IMG/VR virus record: IMGVR_UViG_3300009082_000016
Coordinates: 1 to 64,000 of that record
From: a virus
DNA: 64,000 bases
Direction: 5' to 3' (one strand)
Part shown: positions 8,231-18,700 of the stretch, in pieces
Layout: every line of letters begins with the position of its first letter
Numbering within the stretch: the stretch's first letter is position 1
Notes under the pieces: model-generated
Seen by the model: only the letters and a program-made list of their open reading frames with translations
What the model was told of the DNA's origin: nothing
Database searches by the model: none
Made by a program: the position numbers and the translations under genes

Positions 8231-10254
8231 GCCTGGGCAGGCGTGGACAGCCGGGCGGACACCCGCTTGAGGCCAGCGAGCACATGCTCGAGCGCGAAGA
8301 AGGCGCGGGAAACGTGCTCCTGGGGGAGCTCGGACAGGCCGAGCCGAGCCGCCAGGAGCAGCGTTCCCAACCGGTGCTGCACCGCCTCGAACGCCGGGAT
8401 GAAGGCGACGAAGCGGGAGAGGTTGTCGATGTTGAGGAAACCGAGCGACAGGATGGCGTCAACCGCGCCCGCGTCGCCCAAGCTCGCCGCGTCCTTGATG
8501 AGACCGAAGGCGGCGCCGTGCAAGGTGTCGACGAAGGTGTCCACCTGGGCGGCGAAGGACGCCGTCTTCGTCTCCGCCTGGGTGCGAAGCTCGCTGAGCA
8601 GCGTGACCTCGCTCACCCGGGCGACCTTCACCTGACCGCGGTGGTAGGCCCGCGCCAGCGTGCGCTCGGCGGCCTCCTTCGAGAAACCGAGCAGGCCGAG
8701 GGTGAACATCGCATCGGCCGGGCCAACACCGATGCGCTCGCCGATCTTGAGCAGCGGCCCGCCCTGGATGTTGAATGCCCCGCCCGAATGGCTGATGGTG
8801 CAGACCGACGCCGACTTCTCGGCGAGGCTGCCCACCTGGGCACTCGTGTCGAGCTTCACCATCTTGTCGCCGAGCGACACCCACTTGGCGGACTCGGGGA
8901 GAAGCGTGGTGCCAGTCGTGCCGGGGGAGACGGTCCGGACCGCCGGGGACGTGACCAGCTTCACCTGCCGGCCGTCGATGGTCTCGCACTCGTAGGCCTT
9001 CCGCCCGTCCGTCTCGGTCACCATCTTGCAGCGGATCGGCTCCGTGCAGGCGACCTCGCCCTGCTCGTCCTCCCAGCAGAACGAGCCCAAGCCCTCCGGC
9101 ATCTCGCTCGTCTTGAGGGGCGGAGCGGACTCCGACGGCAGGGCCCCGATGTCGTCCTGGTAGCCGTAGCTGTCGCCGTCGGAGAACAGGCGCATCGGCG
9201 AGCGGCCGCCGGTGAGGGCGTCCATGACCTTCGTCATGAGCCAGCCGCCCATCCCGCGCCCGCCACCGAACGCGTGGCAGGGGCCGGTGCCGCCCAGGAG
9301 GGACGGCCGATCGCTGCCCATCTCGATCGGGGACTCGGCGTCCCGCGGACGCCGGATGATGATCACCATCCCCTTGACGTCCGCCTCTTTCACGATGGCG
9401 GGACCGAGCTTCTCCACCGCAGGGCCAGGCGGGAGGTTGACCCAGGGCGTGTCCTCGTAGGCCCGACGCATCGCCGTCTTCACCTGGAAGATCGGGTCGC
9501 CCTGTTCCGGCTCCAGCTTGCGGACCAGCATGACGTCGGGGTTGAACAGGTTGGTCAGGCCGAACGTCTCGGACGCCGTCTTCGCCAGCGGCTCGCAGGG
9601 GGTGATCTCGGAGACCTGCGCCAGGTAGCCGTGGGTGATCGGGTTGGACACCAGCGCCTGCCGGAGTCCGGCGTTCTTCTCGAGCACCTGCCCAAGCCGG
9701 TCCAGCTGGTCGGAGTAGATGGTGTCGGAGATCATGCCGAGAATCGGGAAGGGGCTGTGCCAGGAATCGAGCGAGGCCGCCTTCTCGCGGTCCGGCGGGT
9801 AGATCGGGTTGCCGAACAGCTCGTTGACGTCGCCGCGGAACGGGGCGTCGAACGTGGACGGGCGGAACAGGGCCTCCCCGAGCCGGGACTCATTGAGCGG
9901 AAGGAACTTCCCCTCCTCCGTCTTGATCATGTCGAACGGGAAGAGCTTGAAGTCCTCGATGATGACCGGGATCTTCGCCGTCCGGATGCCGATCTCCGTG
10001 CCCATCTGGCCGGCGGCCTGCCCCGGACTGAGGCCCGTCTTGCTGGTGAGCAGGATGTGCCCGAACGCGGCGCCCTTCTGGGCGTCGGTCATCTCGTCGA
10101 TGATGATCTCGGTCGGGTACATGTACGCGTACGGGGCGACCTTGAGCCACTCGTCCCGGATACGCATCGGCCACTGGCTCACGTCGCGGGGGAGTTCTCC
10201 TCCCTCCGGCTGAGCCGTCTTCACGATCTGCGGGGCAACGAAGAGCGGCTTCAA
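8227..10254 (-). CDS. Large putative head/structural protein with many K-x-A motifs
   Basis: GGAGGTG SD plus TTG start; VKTAQ, EKAAS, AKTAS, VKEAD, EKSAS, SKEAA, TKTAS. Confidence 0.75.
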   Translation of the reverse strand: MKPLFVAPQIVKTAQPEGGELPRDVSQWPMRIRDEWLKVAPYAYMYPTEIIIDEMTDAQKGAAFGHILLTSKTGLSPGQAAGQMGTEIGIRTAKIPVIIEDFKLFPFDMIKTEEGKFLPLNESRLGEALFRPSTFDAPFRGDVNELFGNPIYPPDREKAASLDSWHSPFPILGMISDTIYSDQLDRLGQVLEKNAGLRQALVSNPITHGYLAQVSEITPCEPLAKTASETFGLTNLFNPDVMLVRKLEPEQGDPIFQVKTAMRRAYEDTPWVNLPPGPAVEKLGPAIVKEADVKGMVIIIRRPRDAESPIEMGSDRPSLLGGTGPCHAFGGGRGMGGWLMTKVMDALTGGRSPMRLFSDGDSYGYQDDIGALPSESAPPLKTSEMPEGLGSFCWEDEQGEVACTEPIRCKMVTETDGRKAYECETIDGRQVKLVTSPAVRTVSPGTTGTTLLPESAKWVSLGDKMVKLDTSAQVGSLAEKSASVCTISHSGGAFNIQGGPLLKIGERIGVGPADAMFTLGLLGFSKEAAERTLARAYHRGQVKVARVSEVTLLSELRTQAETKTASFAAQVDTFVDTLHGAAFGLIKDAASLGDAGAVDAILSLGFLNIDNLSRFVAFIPAFEAVQHRLGTLLLAARLGLSELPQEHVSRAFFALEHVLAGLKRVSARLSTPAQA

Positions 10255-10267
10255 GGATCACCTCCGT

Positions 10268-10921
10268 TCAGGACTTGGTCTTGTCGCTGTCCTTCTTGTA
10301 CCGGTTCCCCAGGATGCTCTCCACGATCAGCTCGTTGGCGAACACCGCCGACGGGGCCGTCGCCAGTACGTTCATGAGAGCCACGCCCCAAGGTACACCG
10401 AGGGTGAGGGCCTGAAGGACGGCGGCCGCGAAAGACAGGACGACCGCCGCGAGGATACGGATGCGCTGGGGGATCTTCTTCGTCAGCGCACCAAGCATCG
10501 GCAAGCGGAATAGCGTCAGGATGAGGAAGATGATGGCGCCCGCGAGGGCCGGGTAGTTCTTGTTGTACCAGGCGTCCTTCACTTTGCCGGCGGCATCGAC
10601 GACCTCATCGCCCGTGGACGGGTCATCGAGCGGATCCACGATGGGGATGACGATGGTATCGGGCGTGGCATCGGCAACAGCAGCGGCGGGTTCCGCGGCA
10701 GACGGCTCGGCATCCGCCGCGGCCGGCTCAGCCGGGGTCTCCGCATCGGCAACAGCCGGCGGAGCCTCGACGACCGGAGTCTCGGCCTCCGGCGCCGTGA
10801 CGGCGACACCCCCGTCCGGGGTGATGACGGCGCTGGCGGGAGCGGCCAACTCGACCGATTCCTGACCGAGCGCCGGCGGGACGATGAGCAGACAGAGCAC
10901 GATGGGAATGAGCCACTTCAT
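10268..10921 (-). CDS. Membrane protein: signal peptide, Ala/Pro/acidic linker, about 3 TM helices (holin-like or exclusion candidate)
   Basis: MKWLIPIVLCLLIVPPALG|QE; C-terminal hydrophobic helices and basic tail; GGAGGT SD. Confidence 0.7.
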   Translation of the reverse strand: MKWLIPIVLCLLIVPPALGQESVELAAPASAVITPDGGVAVTAPEAETPVVEAPPAVADAETPAEPAAADAEPSAAEPAAAVADATPDTIVIPIVDPLDDPSTGDEVVDAAGKVKDAWYNKNYPALAGAIIFLILTLFRLPMLGALTKKIPQRIRILAAVVLSFAAAVLQALTLGVPWGVALMNVLATAPSAVFANELIVESILGNRYKKDSDKTKS

Positions 10922-10942
10922 GGTAGGTACCTCCACACGGGC

Positions 10943-10972
10943 AGGATACTCGTCTCCCTGCCAGGTGGTCAA
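10943..10972 (-). promoter_or_regulatory. Sigma70-type promoter TTGACC-N18-TATCCT
   Basis: Intergenic, upstream of the membrane protein gene. Confidence 0.7.
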
Positions 10973-10975
10973 CCG

Positions 10976-12115
10976 CTAGAGCGGGATGGGGGGATCGGTG
11001 ATGGTGGGCGTGGCCGGGTTGATCGGGTGCTTGTGCGAGATAAGCCAGTTCAGCCAGGCCAGATTGATGGTCGCAAAAAATCCGGTGACGTGGAGTTCCT
11101 GGAAAGAACCGGCGCCCGTGACCCCGAGCGTCCCAGCGATCGTGGTGTTCCCCACGACGTTGAAACCGGCCGGAGCGGAGAAGGCGATCCGATTCGCGGC
11201 GATCGTCTTAGTCTTGGTGACGATCTCGGTGCTGTCCCCCCCAACGCCCTCCTGCCGGTCGCCCTGCACCGTCAAGTTGAGCTCCGAGTACTCCATCGTG
11301 ATGATGGCGCCCTTCTCGTCGATGTTGCCCTCGGCGTCGACGAAGAAGTGGTACTTCTCGCCCGACGCTTCCCAGGTCTCTTCGCCGATCTTCACGGAGG
11401 TCGGCGCAACAACGATGCGGAACCGCTTCTCCCCGGCGTCGCCCTTCACGATCCCAGCATCCACCAGGACAGAAGCGGACTCGTCCGCGGCGTGGGCCTT
11501 CACCATCAGCCGCCACTTCGCCTCGGCTTCGCTGCCGTCCTCGCCCTCCGTACGGCCCCCGTCGAAGTACTGGACGCCGGCGGCGGTGAACTGGCCGTAG
11601 TTCTCGCAGATGTCGCGGATGAAGTTGCCAAGCGGGATGAACAGCCGCTGGCAACTGGCCTTCGAGCCGATCTCCACGATGCCGCCCTTGCGGTAGTGGA
11701 TGAATGCCCCGTCTCGCGTCGTCCAGCCGAACTCGCCGTGCAGCCGCCGCGGCCGCCGCATCGAGTGGTCCGCCTGAATCTCATCACCCTCGGCCGGCGG
11801 CTGCCCTACGCGCTCCGAACTCGAGATGGCCCTGGGCAGACTGCGGAACGCGAGAATGAACGGCGTCCCCGCGTCGCCGGGCGTGGCGATCCAACAAGGG
11901 GCACCGATGTCAGGCAGGCAGTAGCCGCCCTCCCCGCGCTCGTGGTGGGCGTAGAACGAGCCGATCGGGAGGTCCGGGTACGTGCGCCCGCTGCCCTCCG
12001 TCTTCACCGTCGCCGTGTAACGGGCAAGGTCGACGTCGATCACCTTCGCCTCGAGGATGGAGCTGTAGCTGTCCCCCGCGTAGGTCGGTGCCTCGCGATA
12101 GGTCGGTTCAGCCAC
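10976..12115 (-). CDS. Baseplate central spike / gpV-Gp5-like protein
   Basis: N-terminal OB-fold-like segment (AKVIDVD..YTATV...LPDIGAPCWI), beta-helix-like C-terminus, terminal HKH metal motif; GTG at 12115. Confidence 0.7.
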   Translation of the reverse strand: MAEPTYREAPTYAGDSYSSILEAKVIDVDLARYTATVKTEGSGRTYPDLPIGSFYAHHERGEGGYCLPDIGAPCWIATPGDAGTPFILAFRSLPRAISSSERVGQPPAEGDEIQADHSMRRPRRLHGEFGWTTRDGAFIHYRKGGIVEIGSKASCQRLFIPLGNFIRDICENYGQFTAAGVQYFDGGRTEGEDGSEAEAKWRLMVKAHAADESASVLVDAGIVKGDAGEKRFRIVVAPTSVKIGEETWEASGEKYHFFVDAEGNIDEKGAIITMEYSELNLTVQGDRQEGVGGDSTEIVTKTKTIAANRIAFSAPAGFNVVGNTTIAGTLGVTGAGSFQELHVTGFFATINLAWLNWLISHKHPINPATPTITDPPIPL

Positions 12116-12785
12116 CGCGCACCATCCTCCAGCCCGCCTCGATGCCGTGCCGCCCGCAGAATCCCCCGGGCAGTTCGACCACAAAACGAACAGGCTCCGT
12201 CGACAGGTGCGGCGTGTCACTGTTCGGCTCGGCGGAATCGACGACGTTGGACACCGTCCCGTCAACCTTCACGAACACCATGTCCAGCGGGATCGGGACG
12301 TTCCGCATCCAGAACGAGCGGCGCTCGACGCTGGGGAAGTCGAACAGCATCCCCTGACCGTCGGGGAGATGCTGCCGGCCCATCAATCCGCGGCGAAGCT
12401 CGATGTCCCCTTGGGCCACCTCCACCACCACTCGCACGACGTCGCCTTCGACCGAGTTCGGGTTCACGAAGCGGATGGTGTCAACGCCCGAGGCCCACTT
12501 CCGCAGGGCCCCCACGAAGGCAGCGTACTTCACGGCGGCCGGCGATGAAGAGGCCATTCCCTCCCCCAACCAACGCGCCGCTCGACCGAAAGCTCGACCC
12601 GACTTCCTGACGGCAGGAATCGCACCGTGGTGGACCCGCCGGGCCGTCATCCTCGCCGCCTGGACCGCGTGCGGGAGGGCAGGAACGATCACCTCCCACG
12701 GAAGGTGCGGGAGGGCCATGAACTGCTGGAAGAGCTCGGCAACAACACCACCCTTCTTTCGCATCGGAATCTGGTTTGCCTGCAT
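12108..12785 (-). CDS. DUF192-domain protein with N-terminal K-x-A-containing extension
   Basis: RGLMGRQHLPDGQGMLFDF..SFWMRNVPIPLDMVFV..VVELPGG; preceded by VKYAAF and RKWASG. Confidence 0.8.
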   Translation of the reverse strand: MQANQIPMRKKGGVVAELFQQFMALPHLPWEVIVPALPHAVQAARMTARRVHHGAIPAVRKSGRAFGRAARWLGEGMASSSPAAVKYAAFVGALRKWASGVDTIRFVNPNSVEGDVVRVVVEVAQGDIELRRGLMGRQHLPDGQGMLFDFPSVERRSFWMRNVPIPLDMVFVKVDGTVSNVVDSAEPNSDTPHLSTEPVRFVVELPGGFCGRHGIEAGWRMVRGG

Positions 12786-15700
12786 CAGTATGCTCCCGGC
12801 TTCCCCGAGATCCCCTGCCCGAACCGCTCGTTGTAGGCCATCGCCGAGAAGGGGTTGTAGCCCGAGACGTCGGACTCGTTGCCCTGCAGGGCGGCCTCGA
12901 CGAGCGTGTCGCGCAGGCGCTCGTGGTTCATCTTCGCCAGCCAGTCCTCGGTGTTGGCCAGCGGCGCCGTCTTGATGCCCATCAGGACCGGGTTCACCTT
13001 GATCGGCTTCCGGCCCTTCAGGTCGGTGTGGTTGAGCTCGTTCGCCTTGGAGAGCGTGATGTACTGGCCCTTGACCAGGTCGGGGGCATCGCCCGGATCG
13101 GCGATGACGCCGGTGTTGGTCACGCCGCGGGCCAAGAGCTCGAGATTCCGCCGCCGGATGCCGAACGGCTTGAAGATGCCGTCCATCTCGGTGACGATCT
13201 GATTCCGCACCTGGTCGATGCCACCGATGTCGAGCAGCTCGCGCAGGTCGACGTTCCCATCCGTGATCGGCTTGCCCTTCCGGACCTGGCTGCCGACCTT
13301 GAGGTCGCCCACCAGTTTTCGATTCCCCGGAACGTAGTGGTCGATGTCGGAGCCGCGGCCCGTCGTGATGGTGACGTCGAAGCCGCCGGCGGGGTCTTCC
13401 TTGATGCGGGTGATCTTCCCATCCGCCGAGGCCAGCGTGGCCGGGTTGGAGATCTCCTCCGGGATCTGGAGCAGCTGCTTCACGCGAACCATCGCCGGGC
13501 TGCCCGCCTTCATCCCGGTCCCGCCCGTGTAGACGCCGGCGCCGTGCTTCGACTTGAGCATCAGCTGCGCCATGCGCTCGCCGATCGACTGCCCGGCCAT
13601 CACACCAAGGTTCTCACCCATTTGCGGGAGGTGGCCGTCGGGCATCAACCCGAACGCCTTGGACGAGATGCCCTCGCCGTGCGGGGACGTGAGCGGCGAC
13701 GCCACAATCACCTTCCGGATCCGGGCGTTCTTGAGCCGGTCGATCAGCTCGGAGTCGAGCAGCGTACCGCGCTTGAGGGTGAACTTCGCCGTCTTCACCG
13801 GCTCGACGAGGTAGCGGTCGACGACGTCGGGGTGGTCCGTGTCCATCGCGATGCCCTCATCGGGCAGCTGGTTCGACACGACCAGGGAGTTGCCGACGGT
13901 GTTGACCATCTGCTTGTTGATGTAGCCGGGATCCTGGACGGCGGTCTTCGTCTGGACGATGCCGGTGCGGGCGCCGATCGACGCCAGCCAGTAGCCGGTG
14001 GTATCCAGCCCTTCGCCGTACGACCGGGTCACGGGCTCCAGGACGGGATTGCCCTTGGAGTCGGTCATGAGCACCGGCGCCATGGTCATCTCCTGGAACT
14101 GGGACGACGACGGCTTCACGCCCGACCGCGACATGAGGTAGAGACGGTTGCCGGACGCCTTGGCGTTCTTCGCGTGCTCGGCGAGCATCCCCTTACCAGC
14201 TTCCGCCCACGCCTGGATGGCTTTCTCCTCACGGTCGGGGGCGTCGGTGGCCAAGGCCTCGCGGGCCTTCTTCTCGCCCTCCTTCATGTATCGATCGCGC
14301 AGCGGCTTGTCGGTCTTGAGATCCTTCGACGAGAGGCTGAACAACTCATCGTACACGGCGGCATTGCCGAGCCCCATCAGGGACTGGGCCGTCTGGACGT
14401 ACGCCTTCTTGTCCTTTTTGGCGACCTCCGTCAGCAGCTTCTCGGTGTTGTCCTTCGTGAGCTCGAACTCCGGGTCGAACAGCAGGTTCGGTTTCCGGGC
14501 GATGCCCGGCAACGATTGCCACACCAGGAGCCGGCCGGCAGTCGTCTTCTTCCCGCCGACACTCACGACATCCGTCATCCCGAGCTTCCCGGCGCTGACG
14601 GCGTTCACTGCTGCCTTCACAGAGCCGAAGGACCGGTCGGTTTCCTTCCCGAACTGGGACAGGCGGAAGAGGCCGACCGACATCTCGTTCCGCGGCGTGA
14701 ACATGGGCTTTCCAGTCGCCGGGTTGAGCAGGCTCTCGGAGGGGAACATCTTCCGCGCTTCGCCGACGGCCTTCCCGGAGACCGGGACGTAGAGGCTGAC
14801 CGCGTCGCCGTCGAAGTCGGCGCCCATCGACTCGGCGATGAGCGGCGGGATCTTGATCGCCCGGCCACCGACCAGCTGCGCCTTGAACGCCTGCACGCCG
14901 TACTTGTGGAGCACCGGGTCGCGCTTCATCAGCACGGGCCGGTCTTCCATCACCCGCTCGAGGGCGCGGAGGGCGAGCGGATCGTCCTTCTTCACCATCT
15001 CCTGCGCCTGCAGGGCACCGTTGCCCATGCGGGTCAGCTCTCGCACGACGAACGGGCGGTAGATGTTCTTGGCAACGGGCAACGGGATGCCCAGCTCGTC
15101 GATGGTCAGGTCCGGGTCCGGGATGATGGTCGACCGGGCGGCCAGATCCTGCTTCGACTTGAGCAGCTTCGACTGCACCCAGCTCCACTTCGGGCTGCCC
15201 GACCCGGCGATGACGTCGACGAAACCGCGCTGCTCGACGCCCTGGGTCGTCTTCACCGGGTCCATCACGCCGGCCAGCGAACCGAGCGACTTGTAGAGAG
15301 CGAAACGGGTCTTGCCCCTGCGGGATTCGGGCGTGTCCGGGTCCATGTCCTTGAGCCGCTCGTTCATCACGCCGACGCCCTTGTAGAGCTCGTTGAGCGA
15401 ATCGCGGACGAGGGCACCACTGGGCAGCACCGACATCGGCCGCATCGTCGGCGGGATGACGTACACCTGCTGGGACATGTACGCTTCGGTCGGGCTCATG
15501 CCCGTCTGCTTGAGCGCCGTCAGGTAGCGGTACTTCCTGACCGTCTGGTCGAGCTGTTGGCCCTCGAGATTCGGGATGCGGTCCCGGAGCTCCTTGATCT
15601 CCTTCTTCACGTCGATGGCCGAGAGGACCGACTTGACCGCCTCACCACCCGTCAGGGCGTTCGGGTCCTTCCGGTCGACCAGCTTCCCGTCTTTCGTGAG

Positions 15701-18700
15701 CCCGACCGTCCCGGCGATGACCCCGTGCAGATCCTTCTGCTTGAGGCCCGTCAAGGCCAGGACACCACGCTCGAAGAACGGGTTGGGCAGCGACTCCGCC
15801 AACGTGATGTTCGCAGGGTGCTCGCCCATGATCCCGCCCGTCACCTGCGGGTCGAACAGGCCGCCGTCCTCCGGCTTCAGGTCTTCGGCGCGGAGCATGA
15901 GCCCCGGCCGCTTCAGCTCGCCGTGGCTGGAGTCCAGGACCTGCTGGTCCGTCGTGGGGATCAGCTTCACGCGGGTCCCCTTCTTCTCCAACTTCACGCC
16001 GAGGCCCTTCAGGTACTCCTCGAACTTCGCGTGGGCGAACGTCAACTTCGGCGGCGGCAACGGCTGCCCCAACTGCACCGCACGCCAGAGCTCATCCGCC
16101 TGATCGGCATCGGCCTTCCAGGTGTGACTCTCCCGCAGGATCTCGCGGGAGCCATGGGCCAGGAGCGCCATGTTACCGAGGCCGCCGAGCGCCTGGGCCC
16201 CGCCGCCGTGCCCGCCCTTCGGTTGGCGGTTGACGTCGTAGCTGAAGCCTGGCCCACCGGCGCGGGAAGCCATCTTGCGGTCGACCTGGTGACGCTGCTT
16301 GAGCACGTAGGCGTAGCCGACTTCAGCTTTGCCCAACATCCGTCCGGTCGTGGGGTCGGTGACCTCGTCCTCTTCATCCACCCCGAGCTTGTCGAGCGAC
16401 TGCCGGGTGACCTCGCCGTAGTCGACGCCGGGGACGAAGTTCGGCACCTTGATCGGCGTGCCGATCTTCTTCGCCATCTTCGCCGTAGCCAACTCATAGA
16501 CCTGACCGGCGGCAACACGGGCGGCGACGCCGTGCGGGTTGATCGCCAGTTCGATGGGGCCATCCTTCGTCCGCGGCATCTCCTCGTCGGGGCGGATGTC
16601 GACCACGATCCCCTTGATGCCGTGGCGGGTGGTGACCTTGTCGCCGATCTGCAGCGGTTCCTGGGTCCGGACGTGAACCTTCACGGTCCCGGTCGGCGTA
16701 TGGTGGACACGGATGACCTCTCCGGCAACGTCCTGGTCCCAGGTGAGCGCGGCGTTCTGATACGGCTTGGCCAGAGAGCGGTGCATCCGCTTCATGGCCA
16801 AAGCTTCGTTCGTGTGCTCGATCGGGCGCAGACCCAGCACGAGCGGGTCGCCCGGCTTCACGATCGTCCCCGGCTTCACGATGCCGGAGCGGTCGACCAT
16901 CTTGTACTGATCGGTCGTGAACGCCGTCGGGTAGTACGCCTGGAACTTCTTCGGGTCAACGATCTCCTGCTCGTCCGGGAGCGCGTCGATCTTGTGCAGG
17001 TGCTCGCTGGTCAACTTCTTCGCGCCGCCCTCCGACATCACGACCGCGTCCTCGTAGGTGCGGCCGGGAATCGGGATGAGCGCCGTTCGGAGGTTGGTCC
17101 CCAGGGCAAGCACGCCGCCCCGGGTGAAGTTGGAGTCGGCCAGCATCTGGTTCTTTCGCACCATCTGGCCCGGCTTCACCAGCGATTCCTCGTGGATGAG
17201 CTCGCGCTTTCCAGTCAGCGGGTAGTTCTGGTACAGCGGGACCGTGTGCATCTTGCCGGACGTCGAGCGGATGCGGACCTCGCCGTTCTTGATGGACGTC
17301 ACCTTGCCGGTCACGGGCGACAGCGGCAGTGTCTCACGGCCGACCATCTCCTCCATGCTTTCCCGGGAAGAGGAATCAACAGCGACCTGGACCAGCGGGG
17401 CCTCGCGCGTCGTGAGCGGGATGGCCTGCGACATGTGACGCGACGCCATCTCGACACGGCCGGGGTTGGTGTTCTGCACGAAGGGGACAAGCGCCGTGCC
17501 CATGCCCAGCAGCAGGCCCGGGTTGGTCACGATGTACTCGACCTTCTCCGGGTCGACGCGAACGAACTTGTTGCCGATGCCCGACACCCGGACCTTCTTG
17601 TTGACCGGGACCCACTTCTTGCCTTCCTTCCGGTACTGGTCAGGCATTGCCACGACCGAGGTTTCAAAGACGGTGGGGTCGACATTCTCGTACTTCTTCG
17701 TCCGGGTGTTGTAGAGCGTCGTCCGCGGCGTGGTCCCGTCCTTCATCAGGCCCATGGCGAGCTGCAGATTGACGCCGACGTTCTGTCCTTCCGGCGTATC
17801 GAGCGGGTCGATGAAAGCGACGTGGGACGGGTTGACCGCCTTTGCCTCGGAATGCTCCAGGGCATAGGCGCTGCCGGCCTCGCCGAGGATGGTGCTCCGC
17901 ATCGACGAGCGGATCATGTCGACGGGGTTGGTCTGCTCACCGAGCTGGCTCAGCGGAGAGCCGGTGAAGAAGCCTCGAATGGGCCAGTGGAACATGTTGC
18001 CCCGCACGGCCAGGTCCACCCGGTCATGCCGGTCGACTGCGTTCTTGAGCGACCGGGTCTTGTACTGCCCGAACTTCTTCACCGAGAACGCGAGATGATC
18101 ATCGATGCCGATGAGGTTCTTGAACTTCAGGCTGTCGCGGTCGTCAGGCTCCGAGTTGCCGCGGGAGACGGACAGGGCCCGCTTGGAGGCCTGGAGCAGG
18201 AGCTCCGGGGTGACCTGCCGATACGACTTCCCAAGCGTGATCTTCGTCGTGTCAGGGTCCATCGTCAACGAGCTCAGCGCGTCGCGGACCTGGAGCGCGT
18301 CGCCCGGCTTGCCGAAGGCCCGACCGAGCTTCCCGAAGGCGGACTCCGCCCGTTTCGCCGTGACGTCGTTCGCCTTGGCAATCTCGTCACCCCAAGCGCG
18401 GGCGATGACCGAGTTGCTGATGCCCATGGCGTTGAGCACGGGCTTGAGCGGGACGGTCGATCCGCCCGTCTTCAGTTTGAACGCCTTCTGCGCGGCGTCG
18501 AACTCGATGTTGAGGCTGCGCTCCGGGGTGACGATGCTGGAAACGACCGACCGGGCCTTCGGGTAGGTGAAAACGCCCGGCCGTCCCTTCCACAGGTGGT
18601 CGACGTAGTACTCCTTGCCGTCGACGATGTAGCCCCGGGCAGCCGTCACCGCCGGCAGCGTGCCCAGCGGGACCTCCCCGCGGGACTTCACCTTCCCGGT

